Part shown: positions 18,408-28,819 of the stretch, piece by piece
How the letters are laid out: the number at the start of each line of letters is the position of its first letter
Position numbering within the stretch: the first letter of the stretch is position 1
Source: a virus
Taxonomy: Duplodnaviria > Caudoviricetes
Strand: one strand, 5' to 3'
IMG/VR virus record: IMGVR_UViG_3300044691_000349
Span: 1 to 62,468 of that record
DNA length: 62,468 bases
Notes under the pieces: model-generated
Database searches by the model: none
What the model saw: only the letters and a program-made list of their open reading frames with translations
Told to the model about the DNA's origin: nothing
Position numbers and translations under genes: made by a program

Positions 18408-21176
18408 TTAGGGAACGTTCGTATAGGCGGTTGGTGCGGGCCATCCACCCGGCAATGGCGTCGCCGAGCCCCCTGCCGCGTGGGTGCATTGGATCGCACC
18501 GAGATAGGTGTAACCGGCGACACCGACCTTGGCAGTCGTCAACTCTGCAAAGACCGCCAGCTGCGGGCTTTGGTCACCCAGATAGTCCGGATCTTGGATG
18601 GTCACGTAATACCAGGTTGGCGAACCACCCGGGTCGCTGATCACGATAGACCGCGCGTTATAGGTCACCGTCCCACTGGAGAAAGCGACGCTGACGGCGG
18701 CAAGCGCAATATGAGTCGCGTCAGGCTGCGAAAGCGCAATTGCTGGCGTGTTGGCATAGTTGGAATTGTTGACCAGCGTCGAGCCTCCGCCATCGATGGA
18801 CCCGGGAATGGTCGGCTGCTGGAAGCCCTGCACCGTCAGCTCCTCGGTTGGACTCCAGTCGTAGACCGAAGAGTCCGTCTCCTGCACATCGATCTCGGTT
18901 CCCAGCAATGTAACATCGTTGCCGTCGACCTGCTGCTTTTGGATCGTGAATCTGTGCGCGGCGATCTCAAGCAGCTTTTCCACCCAATTCAGTAGCGGCA
19001 AAGTCATCGTCACGACGTCGAGCGCGGTGGCGCGATACATCGCCATGTTGTATGAGAAGGTGCCGGTGCCTTGCTGCCTCCTCCGCATCAGTTCGATCTT
19101 CTCCAGCCGCTGCGCCATCGAAGAGGAGATGGTGAAGGGCAGTTGAATATCAAGCCAACGACGCTCTCCACCATCGGCGGCAAGGTTCGCGTCGCCGAAC
19201 GGATACATCGGGGATCCGCTCATATAGCCATGCAGCTGATCCTGCGCATAGGGAGGAATGTCGCTCGACTGCCAGTTATTGGCCGGGCTGATGTAGGTGC
19301 CCTTGACGCCGTTGTAGAGGTCGCGAATGCCGACCTTCTCGCGCCAGCGGAACGGACCAGCGGCGATGGACAGAGCTTGAGCGCTTCCCGCCATTCCCGG
19401 CAAGCCGGAGGGGATGGCGCTTGTCGTGTAGTAGATCGCATAGCCCAGGTTAGTAATGGTGACCGAATCACCCATGCCATCAGCGACGAGCGATGTACTT
19501 AGGGCTACCTCCATTGAAAGCCCAGCGAGAGAACTGCCCACGCTTGCCCCCGTCCATTGTGTGCTGCCGAAGGTGGTGCCATCGGGGTTACTGGGAGAGC
19601 TAAATAGGTTGCCGTTGCACCGATATGCGGAAGAGGCTCTGTCATGAAAGGCGCTGGCCAACATCACGGGATAGATTGCATGGATCACAGCGTCCCACGG
19701 GAGTGCAGGATCAACTACAAAGTCATCCCAATGGACTGTAGCGGTATTGTTTCCAAAAGAACGGCTCTGCGAATATCCAAGGCTTCCAGTTGGATTACTC
19801 CCAGCCGTTCCAAATGCAAACCCGGTGGCGGGACAAAATAGACCAGGGCACCCACTAAGGAGCCCACTACTAGCCGCCCTGCGCGGATAAGCCCACGCCA
19901 CAGTCTGCCCGCTGGGCACCGCAACTGGAGGCGTCAAGCCCGATGGCGTATGGCCCCCGATGAAGATGCTGCTCCCCGGCCACGCTGCAGGCCAGATCAC
20001 GAACTGACCCTGCGTATAGGTCAGCCGACCGCCGCATGAGGTCAGAAGGTTTTGCAGTACCTCGCCCCGTTTCACCGTCAGCGGGAAGCCGCCGTTGCAG
20101 CGATAGCGGGGCTCCGTCCCGCCAGCAGCCAAGGGCACCGCCTCATCGCAGATATTGGCCGCGGCGATCAGCTTGTCGAGCGGAATCTCTGTGCCGTAAG
20201 CGGCCTTGAATCCAAATACCGGATGCGCGAGATAGTCGGCGATGATCAGCGCCGGGTTCTCGGTGTAGCCATAAGTCACCGGGCTGGTGCGCGGATCGTA
20301 AATATCTTTCTTTCCGCTCAGGCGAAAGGCTATGGTGGGCAGGCCATTCGCAAAGATCTCATCGTTGTAGTGCAGCCGCAAAAACACCGATGTCTTGCCC
20401 AGTAGCCGATGGTCTGCGGTCCACGGATTATTCGGATAGATGACGAGGTTCCCGGGATCGCCATCGTACGGCGTGCCGTTGATCATGCCCGGGAAGGTAT
20501 CGGTATGATCTCCGAGCAGCACCTCCATGTGGACCTTGGCCTTGTAGTTCGGCCACAAGGTCAGGGCCTGCCCCGAGCCGGAAACCGTGGTCGCGCTCCC
20601 GCCGCAGATGTAAGTGAAGTGCAGGCTATCTACCACCGTCACCGCATATCTGCCATTGAAGGTGTGATCGGAGACGTTCTGGATTTGCAGCGTGTCTCCG
20701 GTCTGGAGATCGGTGATCGGCGAGGTGAGCACCACCGCGACGACGCCGTTCGCCCGAGTGATGCTGACAAAGCTGATAGTCTGCTGCGTCGGCGTGAAAC
20801 TGCAACCGTTAGCGTCGAGCCGCACCCTCTGGCCATCGAAAAGCAGCACTACATTGCCCTGAGATGCATGGCAGGCGAGCACAATTACAAGGTCAAGGTA
20901 CTTATTGTTCTCGTCGAACTCGCTGAGATGGACAAGAATTCCGCCCAGCTTTTGACGTCCATAGACGACGTTCCAGGGCGCAACCGGATTGCGCGATAGC
21001 ACGGCCGTACCCGTCAGCGGTCCTTGCGAGAGCAGGGTGCCGATACCAGTAAGCACCATGCCGACGCCCGCCGAGATGAGATAGCCGCCGAGCGGGCCCC
21101 CGACTCCCGTTGCGACGAGAATGGCGCCTCCGATGATCTCTATCCCGCCGATGATGACACCAATGAATTTAGACAT
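18408..21176 (-). CDS. Central tail tip/hub protein (J-like)
   Basis: VVYGR, GKKDIYDPRT, ENPALIIADYL, AAANICDE motifs. Confidence 0.88.
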   Translation of the reverse strand: MSKFIGVIIGGIEIIGGAILVATGVGGPLGGYLISAGVGMVLTGIGTLLSQGPLTGTAVLSRNPVAPWNVVYGRQKLGGILVHLSEFDENNKYLDLVIVLACHASQGNVVLLFDGQRVRLDANGCSFTPTQQTISFVSITRANGVVAVVLTSPITDLQTGDTLQIQNVSDHTFNGRYAVTVVDSLHFTYICGGSATTVSGSGQALTLWPNYKAKVHMEVLLGDHTDTFPGMINGTPYDGDPGNLVIYPNNPWTADHRLLGKTSVFLRLHYNDEIFANGLPTIAFRLSGKKDIYDPRTSPVTYGYTENPALIIADYLAHPVFGFKAAYGTEIPLDKLIAAANICDEAVPLAAGGTEPRYRCNGGFPLTVKRGEVLQNLLTSCGGRLTYTQGQFVIWPAAWPGSSIFIGGHTPSGLTPPVAVPSGQTVAWAYPRRAASSGLLSGCPGLFCPATGFAFGTAGSNPTGSLGYSQSRSFGNNTATVHWDDFVVDPALPWDAVIHAIYPVMLASAFHDRASSAYRCNGNLFSSPSNPDGTTFGSTQWTGASVGSSLAGLSMEVALSTSLVADGMGDSVTITNLGYAIYYTTSAIPSGLPGMAGSAQALSIAAGPFRWREKVGIRDLYNGVKGTYISPANNWQSSDIPPYAQDQLHGYMSGSPMYPFGDANLAADGGERRWLDIQLPFTISSSMAQRLEKIELMRRRQQGTGTFSYNMAMYRATALDVVTMTLPLLNWVEKLLEIAAHRFTIQKQQVDGNDVTLLGTEIDVQETDSSVYDWSPTEELTVQGFQQPTIPGSIDGGGSTLVNNSNYANTPAIALSQPDATHIALAAVSVAFSSGTVTYNARSIVISDPGGSPTWYYVTIQDPDYLGDQSPQLAVFAELTTAKVGVAGYTYLGAIQCTHAAGGSATPLPGGWPAPTAYTNVP

Positions 21177-21182
21177 AGAAGA

Positions 21183-21611
21183 TCAAACGTGCCAGGCGCA
21201 CAGGCCTCGAGCGAGAGGAATTCGGCTGAGACCGCGGGCTCGGCAGACGATAATCTCGCGCCCATTCATCGAGACGAGGCCGAGCGAATAATCACGCGCC
21301 CGCTTGATGAGCACCACATCGCCGCGTTGGGCATACGATATTGCGATCTCAGTCATGTGGAGTTTCGCGGTGATGCAGGCAACGATGGCCCGCACCGATG
21401 CAGCGCCCGTCGCGGCTTTTATCGATCGGTAGGCTTCGCCGCGCGAACTGTAGTTGTCGCGAAAGTCGTGCGCCGGGTCGACGCCGGTCATCTGATGAAT
21501 GGCGCTCGAAACGAACATGCAGCAGTCCCACGAGCCGTAGACAAAGGGATCGTGCGCATGAATGCGGAGGAAGTTGTCCAGGCGAGTCTGCCAATCGGGT
21601 AAACGTGTCAT
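21183..21611 (-). CDS. Tail-associated NlpC/P60-like (DUF6950-like) protein
   Basis: RLPDW..PFVYGSWDCCMF..TGVDPA..RGDVV. Confidence 0.8.
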   Translation of the reverse strand: MTRLPDWQTRLDNFLRIHAHDPFVYGSWDCCMFVSSAIHQMTGVDPAHDFRDNYSSRGEAYRSIKAATGAASVRAIVACITAKLHMTEIAISYAQRGDVVLIKRARDYSLGLVSMNGREIIVCRARGLSRIPLARGLCAWHV

Positions 21612-22189
21612 TGGTTGTTGATGTTCGAAGGCGTGCGGCCCCAGTAGATGGTCACGTCCTGAATGCTCGACACGAACTCCATGCCACGGTCGCCGGGATG
21701 ATCGAGCTGCTGATCTTCGTTGGTGTATCGCCGATCGACCGCTACATTCATCTCCACCAGCCTGTTTTCGCAGTTGATGGAGATGCTGCAGGTCTGGCCA
21801 TCAACATCGATGGTGGGCTGATCCATACGCCCCGCCCACGAGATGACCGGGTCGTCGATCAGCGCGAGGGTCGCGTCGAACAGTCCTAGCCGCACCAAAA
21901 CGGGAAGGCCAACCTGGAACTCCGTCATCACGTCGGTCAACAGAGTGGAGTCGATGCCGCTCATGGTGAGGTTGATTCCTTTGGCGTCGACGCTGGCGCC
22001 CTCCTCGATAGTGGAGATAGTGCCGAGCGTGCCAACGCCAAGCCACGTCTGCCCTCCCCATGCGATCGAGCCGCGGCCGGTCCATACGTAGATCGGCCCG
22101 CTGACGAAATGAGCCTCCACGAAGAACGCTGGCCGAAGATTGGCCGATTGAGTCGCCGCGAGTTGTCCCGCACTCAAATTGCGTGGCAT
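21608..22189 (-). CDS. Minor tail protein (L-like)
   Basis: WTGRG..WLGVGTLG..YTNEDQ..PGDRG..IYWG. Confidence 0.8.
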   Translation of the reverse strand: MPRNLSAGQLAATQSANLRPAFFVEAHFVSGPIYVWTGRGSIAWGGQTWLGVGTLGTISTIEEGASVDAKGINLTMSGIDSTLLTDVMTEFQVGLPVLVRLGLFDATLALIDDPVISWAGRMDQPTIDVDGQTCSISINCENRLVEMNVAVDRRYTNEDQQLDHPGDRGMEFVSSIQDVTIYWGRTPSNINNQ

Positions 22190-22810
22190 CTAGATGGCCT
22201 CCCGGCAATCAAACTGCACGCCGTACATGCGCGCCTGCGTCTCCGACCATTTGCGCGCGTTGCTCTTGAGCCGCCATAGACCTTTGGTGTTGGTCAGGAT
22301 CAGCGCATCGCCATCGGCGGGCGACTCGCGTAGCGGAGGGTAAATACTCAGCGTCGCGTTGCCGCTACCATCTGCGTTAGCCAGCTGCAGATTGCGATAG
22401 AGCCGATAGCCGGCCTGCAGCCAGTCGCCCGGCCCTAGCACGCCGGTTGCCCCCGGCGTCCATCCCTTCGTATTGAGCGCGAATCCAGTCTGCCCGCCAC
22501 CATTGACCAGAGGCGTACCCGCTCCGCTGCCCTGTGGCGCGACCGCCAGCGGATCGCCGAGCTGGAAGACGTTGGCCTGCCCTCGCAATCCCATCAGGAA
22601 CGCGATCCACGCCTGCGCCTGCACGTGGGTCAGGGGCGGCATGGAGACGGACGCCTCGAGCCATCCCTGCTGCCAGTCCTGCACCTGCTGCTGGCCCGTA
22701 AACGGCGACACGCTCAGCGCAACGATATCCGTCGCGGTGAAGTCGATCGTCTGCGGAGCCGCGGGCGTCGCCGGCATCGCGATAATGTTCCAACCGTTGA
22801 ATGTGGGCAT
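22190..22810 (-). CDS. Distal tail protein
   Basis: SPFTGQQQ..LRGQ..IYPPLR; follows tape measure. Confidence 0.75.
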   Translation of the reverse strand: MPTFNGWNIIAMPATPAAPQTIDFTATDIVALSVSPFTGQQQVQDWQQGWLEASVSMPPLTHVQAQAWIAFLMGLRGQANVFQLGDPLAVAPQGSGAGTPLVNGGGQTGFALNTKGWTPGATGVLGPGDWLQAGYRLYRNLQLANADGSGNATLSIYPPLRESPADGDALILTNTKGLWRLKSNARKWSETQARMYGVQFDCREAI

Positions 22811-22823
22811 TATTTGGGTTTCG

Positions 22824-25800
22824 TTACCGCTGCGGCGTGCGCTTGAGGCGTTCCGCGCTTACCTGGACAGCATTGCTGATCGCCGAATTGTGTGCGGCGA
22901 GGATTGCAGTGCGGGTGCGCTGTTCGGTCTGGGCCGGATCTGTGCCGCGTGCGTCGATGCTGTAGTAGAGATTCGGACCAGTAGAGCCGCCGAGCATCCG
23001 CCGCGAGGCTACATTGCTGGTGATGCTACCCGAGGCGCCAGTGAGGATCTCCGGGCCGCGCTCACCGACCAGATAGGCGGTGCCAGGCGATACCGGGCCG
23101 CCTTCGGCGTGCGGGGTCAATGCTCCCATGAGTGAAGCCCAGAAGCCTCCGCCGCCACTGTCGCCGCCGTCATCACTGCTGTCGCCGCTGCTCCCGCCCT
23201 TCTTGAAGAGTTTTCCGAGGAAGCCCCAGAACCCTCCGCCGCCGCTGTTGTCATCGCCGCTATCGCTCTTCTTGCTGAAGAGACCCCCAAGCACATCACC
23301 CAGTTCATTCTTACGACCACTCCCATCGCCGCTATTGTCTTTGTTGTCCTTTTTGCCGCCGATGAGATCGCCGAGTTCATTGACGTAGCCGCCAGTGTTA
23401 CCGGCTATGCCGCCTGCGCCTACCATCTGCACGAACAGAGGATTGTTCCTCGTTCCGTCTGGCTTGCCCTTGAGCGCGTCGCTGAGCGGGCCACCGATGG
23501 AAGCAGGCAGAACCTTGCCCAGCGCCCCGAGCCCCTTCTGCATCGCGCTCTGGATGGTTGACTTGACCATCTGCCGGCCGATGTCTTCGAACATCTTGGC
23601 GAAGCTGGTTTTGCCGCCGGTGACCAGCTGCGCGAGATTGTCGGACAGCTTTTCGAACGCCTGATGTAAGGCCTCGTAGATGATCTGGCCGGCCGTAATC
23701 GCCTGCTTCTGCATGTCCAGGAAGAATGCCTTCATGCCATTGCTGGCACTGCCCTCAAAAAGCAGCAACCTGACCGTCTCATCGACCTGCCGATTGAGGT
23801 TCTCCTGCGCCTTAGCCGTGATCTGAAGGCTCTCCGCATAGTTGGCAGTTCTGCCATTCAAGGCCTCCATCGCGGCGACTGCATCGTTGAGTTTCGTTTG
23901 CTCGTCTTCATACTGCGCCGCTGGAGAGCGCAGAGCGCGCGCATTCTGTAAGTCACCGGAGCGCTTCTCTTCCTCGTTCACGCCGACCATCGCCGCGCGC
24001 AGAGCCAGCAGCTTATCCCGCAGCTCGCCCGTTGCCGCTCCCGCGATCTGCACGTCGAGCGCATACAGTTTGGCACGAAGTGCCGCCTCGTCCTGCGCGT
24101 CGATTCCGCTGAGGAGCGCATCGTTGACGATCCGACGCGCCGCAAGCTCCTCGCCTAAGCTGATGATGTTTCCTTTGAGGTTGACGGTTTCCTTAGCCAC
24201 GGACTCCGCATAGATCTCTCCGGAGCGCGTGAGGATTTGTGCCAAGCTGCCGCCCTTCGCCCTCAGCTCGTTCCATGCCTGCGTCACCGCAGTCTGGCGC
24301 AGGATCGCGTCGGAACCCTTGTCCATCGCCTGAATCATGAGACCAGACTGGCTGATACTCAAGGCCGACGCGCGTGAGGCAGTGCCAAGTAGATTGAGGA
24401 GCTGCGTCTTTGCCTCGTTGTCCGAGATCTGCGCATTCTTCTCCCGGATGAGCGATTGCGTGGCGCCGTCGACCAGCGATGCATAATCCTTGGTCGCGGA
24501 ACCGGTCTGCTTGGCGATCTCTTCCCCGAGCTTCAGGATTTCGTTGCTGGCCTTATTGGCGGCGACGACCTTGCGCTGCGCCTCCTCTTCCAGGCCCGCG
24601 GCGGCCAGCGTCTGCTTCGATTCGTCGAGCTTCTCTTGCAGGCCGGCGAGCAGCTTTCCGACGGGGCTTTCCTTGCTCTTACCCAAACCGGAGGTATCGG
24701 GCGGTGGAGGACCTGGAGGCGGTTCAGTATCAGTCTTGCCCTTCTTTGGACCGGCTGCTCCTTTTCCTTCGCGCTCCAGTTTCGCCTGATCGAGCGCTTT
24801 ACCTACCCACTCCGGTGTCAGTTTGCCGAGCAGTCCCTTGATCCACTCGAACGCCTTGCCGAACATATCACCGATGACCTGGACCACGGAGAACTGCGAG
24901 AACCAGCTGATGAGTCCTTTCCACAGCGACTTGAGCCCGTCGATCAAGGGGCTGAACTTCTTACCGAGCCATGACACGCCCCAACCCATCGCGATCCATG
25001 CCGCATTCCAGGTGTCGCGCAGCTTGTAAGTGGTGCCATTGAGGCTGAATGTGGAATCGCGGAATTTATAGAGCACCGCTACCAACAGAGTGATCGCGAG
25101 CGCCGCGGCTGTGAATGGGTTGCTCAGCGCGGCCAGCATCAAGGCTCTTCCGGCAGTCGCCGCTCCTGTTGTAACAAGAGTAAGCAGTGACGGAATCGCA
25201 CGCAGACCGGTGGTGAGCGAGGCCCACATCGAGGCTAAACTCAGCCCTCGCAGCGCAGTCAAGGCGGTACCGACCCTGGCGAAGCCAACGGAGACGCCGA
25301 CAGATGCAACCTCTGCGATGGTCGCGCCTTTTGCAACGCCATAGTAGGCACTGGTTACTCCGGACAGTCCGGTAGCCAACTTCATCGCGCCAGGGACGGC
25401 CATCGCGATCCCCTTGCCGAGCACGGAGAAGTCGGCTGCGGCGAGGCCGCTAATGAACGGTAAAGCGATGTTGCCGATCTTGATTGCAGCCAGCCCGAGC
25501 AGCGCGATCTTTATCTCCGACAAATGCTCGAGCGCGAAGCCCAGAGCGCTGGTCACCAGGTCGATGGCCTTCGTGACCTGCGCGCCGAACATCTCGGCCA
25601 ATTTCTTTACATCGATGCGCGACCCGATCTCTTGCAACTTCTCGCTGAACTTGGTCAGCGCAGGCAGCACGGCCACAGTCAACTGCAACCCGAAGCCCTG
25701 TTGCGCCGCGTGCAGCTTGGTGATGACTTCGTGATAGGCGCGAACCTTGGCTGGGACGTCGCCGCCGATGACGAGGCCGAACTTCTCAGCCTCTTCAGTA

Positions 25801-26384
25801 ATCTCCTTCTGATGTGCCCCATAGTCGTTGAGCAGCGGAATCATCTGCGCGCCGCTCCTGCCGAATACCGCCATCGCGAGCGCCGCCTTGCCAGCTCCGG
25901 TTCCCATCTGGGAGAACTTGGCGGCGACATCGGCGAACATGTCGGAGGTGTCGCGCAGATGGCCTTTGTTGTCGCTGATCGACACGCCTAGCCGATTGAA
26001 CACGCCGGCCAGCTGGTGATTGCCGTTCTGCGCCTGGAAGGAGGCTTTCGCCAACTTGTCCATGGCGCCGGTGAGATCGCCCAACTCAGTGTGATTGAGC
26101 TTCGCAGCATAGGCTAATACGGAGAACTTATCCGCAGTGGTGCCAGCCTGCTTCGCCATGCGAGAGAGACCGCCTATCGTGGCGACGCTCGACTCTATCA
26201 TCGCTGCCGTCCCCGTAGCCCAGCCCGCTACCATCGCCGCGCCGGCCACCGTGATGGTCTGCAATGAACGTTTGATATCGTTCGCGGTTTTGGTGGAAAG
26301 ATGGCTCATCTTATCCATCGACTGCGAGAAGCTCGCGGTATTCGCACGCAAATCGATTGTCAAAATTCCAACGGAAACAGCCAT
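22824..26384 (-). CDS. Tape measure protein
   Basis: 1186 aa Ala-rich helical; C-terminal GGPVSPGTAYLVGERGPE. Confidence 0.93.
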   Translation of the reverse strand: MAVSVGILTIDLRANTASFSQSMDKMSHLSTKTANDIKRSLQTITVAGAAMVAGWATGTAAMIESSVATIGGLSRMAKQAGTTADKFSVLAYAAKLNHTELGDLTGAMDKLAKASFQAQNGNHQLAGVFNRLGVSISDNKGHLRDTSDMFADVAAKFSQMGTGAGKAALAMAVFGRSGAQMIPLLNDYGAHQKEITEEAEKFGLVIGGDVPAKVRAYHEVITKLHAAQQGFGLQLTVAVLPALTKFSEKLQEIGSRIDVKKLAEMFGAQVTKAIDLVTSALGFALEHLSEIKIALLGLAAIKIGNIALPFISGLAAADFSVLGKGIAMAVPGAMKLATGLSGVTSAYYGVAKGATIAEVASVGVSVGFARVGTALTALRGLSLASMWASLTTGLRAIPSLLTLVTTGAATAGRALMLAALSNPFTAAALAITLLVAVLYKFRDSTFSLNGTTYKLRDTWNAAWIAMGWGVSWLGKKFSPLIDGLKSLWKGLISWFSQFSVVQVIGDMFGKAFEWIKGLLGKLTPEWVGKALDQAKLEREGKGAAGPKKGKTDTEPPPGPPPPDTSGLGKSKESPVGKLLAGLQEKLDESKQTLAAAGLEEEAQRKVVAANKASNEILKLGEEIAKQTGSATKDYASLVDGATQSLIREKNAQISDNEAKTQLLNLLGTASRASALSISQSGLMIQAMDKGSDAILRQTAVTQAWNELRAKGGSLAQILTRSGEIYAESVAKETVNLKGNIISLGEELAARRIVNDALLSGIDAQDEAALRAKLYALDVQIAGAATGELRDKLLALRAAMVGVNEEEKRSGDLQNARALRSPAAQYEDEQTKLNDAVAAMEALNGRTANYAESLQITAKAQENLNRQVDETVRLLLFEGSASNGMKAFFLDMQKQAITAGQIIYEALHQAFEKLSDNLAQLVTGGKTSFAKMFEDIGRQMVKSTIQSAMQKGLGALGKVLPASIGGPLSDALKGKPDGTRNNPLFVQMVGAGGIAGNTGGYVNELGDLIGGKKDNKDNSGDGSGRKNELGDVLGGLFSKKSDSGDDNSGGGGFWGFLGKLFKKGGSSGDSSDDGGDSGGGGFWASLMGALTPHAEGGPVSPGTAYLVGERGPEILTGASGSITSNVASRRMLGGSTGPNLYYSIDARGTDPAQTEQRTRTAILAAHNSAISNAVQVSAERLKRTPQR

Positions 26385-26396
26385 AGAATCTCCTTT

Positions 26397-26747
26397 CTAT
26401 GCAGCCTTGTTAGTTTTAGGGAAGTGGGCGAATGCGGCCATGATGTCCTCGCCAGTCAGCGGCTTGACCGGTTCTGGGGCGAATGGGTGCAACATGAAAC
26501 TTTCAGGCTCCATCGGCGGGGTGGGAGCGGCGAAGGAGAAGTTAGCCGTGGTCGCTGAAATGATGCCGACGAGCATCTCTTCCCGCTGCATCTGCTCGAT
26601 CTGACGCTTGCGCAAGGCGTGCAGCATGCGCGGCGTCATCTCCAGCCATTCATCGTCTGACAGCTTGAGTTCCTGCCGCGCGATGGACCATGCTTCCAGC
26701 CATGTGAGCTGCGGTCTTAGCTGACCGCCTGGGTAGGGTGCTTTTCC
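26397..26747 (-). CDS. Tail assembly chaperone, frameshift extension (gpT-like)
   Basis: -1 frame after GGAAAAG; LSDDEWLEMTPR motif. Confidence 0.75.
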   Translation of the reverse strand, partial: GKAPYPGGQLRPQLTWLEAWSIARQELKLSDDEWLEMTPRMLHALRKRQIEQMQREEMLVGIISATTANFSFAAPTPPMEPESFMLHPFAPEPVKPLTGEDIMAAFAHFPKTNKAA

Positions 26748-27070
26748 TCCTCCACCTCCGGCATTGACGCAGCCCATGCGTTGAGCAATCCATCCTGGAT
26801 CATGACGAGGTTCTGCGGCGTGATGAGATCGCCAACTTCCTCTATCGTGTAGTCCGCGCCGGCACGCTGGAGACACACGAAGAGCAATGCGCGGACCACC
26901 TTGGCCGACGGGCGCATGATGAAGTTCGCCTCGCCCGTCAGCATGTTGAGTCCGGCCAACTCCTCGCATTCGATGAGGACGTTATGCGATACGACAATGG
27001 GCCAGTCCTTGCCATCGAGACGTATCTGCACTTTCTTTATCAACTTTTCAGCGATCTTGCGCGGCGCCAT
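26717..27070 (-). CDS. Tail assembly chaperone (gpG-like)
   Basis: Position after major tail gene; RBS AAGGAG; slippery site near 3' end. Confidence 0.8.
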   Translation of the reverse strand: MAPRKIAEKLIKKVQIRLDGKDWPIVVSHNVLIECEELAGLNMLTGEANFIMRPSAKVVRALLFVCLQRAGADYTIEEVGDLITPQNLVMIQDGLLNAWAASMPEVEEEKHPTQAVS

Positions 27071-27167
27071 AGAGATTCTCCTTTACTACCTGTTTTCGAC
27101 ATCATTTGAGACCCGATTCGTGCTAAGCCGCGGTATTCTTGCGCGCGGCCTAACCCAGTCAATTTGC

Positions 27168-27611
27168 TTAGGCGACGGCTTCGGTGATGTCCCCGGCGAT
27201 TTCCATCGTCATCGCGAACGCATTGAGGACACTCGGCTCGAATGGGCCAACGTCATACTTCGAAATGAATCCGTTGCCGGTGAGCGTGTAGGTCTGCGTG
27301 CCATTGTTGACGGGGGCCGTGATCTTGAACGGAAATACGGCGCGTGATTTTGACAGCGTGAGAATCTGGAGTTGCGAGGTGTCGCCGATGAAGTTGCCGC
27401 CGATATCGACCGTGCCTGGCAGGATCAGACCCGGCAGTTTCTCCTCGGTGGAATTCGGACTCTGCAGGTGTGTGGCATTGATGACGGGAGTGGTGGTGAG
27501 GTTCGGTTTGATGTTCTTTATCTCCGCCATCTGGGTATAGCCGATGGGGCTGGAGGAATCGCCGACGGAGAACGTTGAAAGGTATCCGATAGTTGCTTTA
27601 GTTTTTGCCAT
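27168..27611 (-). CDS. Major tail tube protein
   Basis: INATHLQSP..EKLPGLILPG motif; RBS AAGGAG. Confidence 0.85.
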   Translation of the reverse strand: MAKTKATIGYLSTFSVGDSSSPIGYTQMAEIKNIKPNLTTTPVINATHLQSPNSTEEKLPGLILPGTVDIGGNFIGDTSQLQILTLSKSRAVFPFKITAPVNNGTQTYTLTGNGFISKYDVGPFEPSVLNAFAMTMEIAGDITEAVA

Positions 27612-27660
27612 GGGAGTGCTCCTTCAGAAAAGATTTGGGTTGGGATGGGGGGTGTTTTTG

Positions 27661-28056
27661 TTAGGTGCTAGACCAGATTTGATACTCCAACATTCGTCGA
27701 GGGGTTCGGCTATCCACATCGAAGAAGTCAAGCTCGTTGCTGCGGAAACATCCTTGGATGAACGTCGAATCGGGGTCCGGTAATGTACCCCGAAAGCCGC
27801 TCAACAATTCATCGATGGCTTTAGCTAGCAAAATGGCGTCGGCAGCCGTATCTCCATAGCAATCGATCTGCATGCGGAGCTGCCCTTGGGTCATTGCCCC
27901 CGAGAGAACATAGTTGGCGGGATCCGAGACCTTCTGATAGGTCCACGATGGAAGCGTGAAGTCCTTGGGCAGCTGCGCGAAATAGCCACCAGTTGGAGCG
28001 ATGGCGCTCACTGCCGCGGTGCCTTGCACCAGCAGTACAACTCCAAGCTCGATCAT
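27661..28056 (-). CDS. Tail terminator (DUF3168-like)
   Basis: LP..TYQKVS..RMQIDCY; synteny. Confidence 0.8.
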   Translation of the reverse strand: MIELGVVLLVQGTAAVSAIAPTGGYFAQLPKDFTLPSWTYQKVSDPANYVLSGAMTQGQLRMQIDCYGDTAADAILLAKAIDELLSGFRGTLPDPDSTFIQGCFRSNELDFFDVDSRTPRRMLEYQIWSST

Positions 28057-28481
28057 TTGATCGTGTCGACCTCGGTGCGAATAACGTCTGCGAATGCACC
28101 GACAGCCTGGTCCGTCGTTTCATCGAAGGCCGGTCGCAGATAAGGCTGCGCCCCGCCGTGGATGGAGCCAACCTCCACCATCAGACCCCACGCCCCGGGC
28201 GACTGATTCGATTCGCCCTTGACGCGCCGCGGCCCAACGCGGGCGCTCACGCCGCGCTTGCCAACCTTGACGTTCGCTCCGATGGAGTCGCGGAGCTCGC
28301 CGGGATACCTATACTTACTCGGCTTCTTCAAGAGCGGGGCATGGGCTTTCGCTGCGCTGACCTGCACATCGGTCGCGGCAACTGCAGCCTTGCGAAACGC
28401 TTTTTTGACCAGCTTGGGCGCAAACTGGGAGAGCGCGTCCTCGATGCCCTTCAAGCCTTCGACTTTGACGGTGGTGTTCAT
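28053..28481 (-). CDS. HK97 gp10-like tail completion protein
   Basis: VKVEGL..GELRDSI..VEVGS..AQPYLRPAFD. Confidence 0.88.
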   Translation of the reverse strand: MNTTVKVEGLKGIEDALSQFAPKLVKKAFRKAAVAATDVQVSAAKAHAPLLKKPSKYRYPGELRDSIGANVKVGKRGVSARVGPRRVKGESNQSPGAWGLMVEVGSIHGGAQPYLRPAFDETTDQAVGAFADVIRTEVDTIK

Positions 28482-28819
28482 TGATTGAGCCCCAGCGCGA
28501 GGCAGTTCAGTATCAGAATCACGTTGCGCATGCCGGGATTCTCGATGGTCTGGATGATGTAAGTTCCGTTGAGCGACTGAACGCGCATGTTCGACTGAAT
28601 GCCAGCCTGCCAGTAAATCGTGACGGTCAGAAATAGTTGCGCGGTATCCTGCCCGCTCTTCAGCACTTCTGTGCCGCGTACCGGCTTGATCTCGGCCCAC
28701 GCATCGACGAACTTCACCCACTTGGTCGCAGTGCCGGAGATATCGGTGACGGTCGTTTGCTTCAGGATGGCGATCCGGTGGATCGCCTTGCCCGGGTCGA
28801 GCTGCGGCCATGCTGACAT
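28478..28819 (-). CDS. Head closure / head-tail adaptor
   Basis: WAEIKPVRGTE..MRV..YII; synteny. Confidence 0.82.
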   Translation of the reverse strand: MSAWPQLDPGKAIHRIAILKQTTVTDISGTATKWVKFVDAWAEIKPVRGTEVLKSGQDTAQLFLTVTIYWQAGIQSNMRVQSLNGTYIIQTIENPGMRNVILILNCLALGLNQ

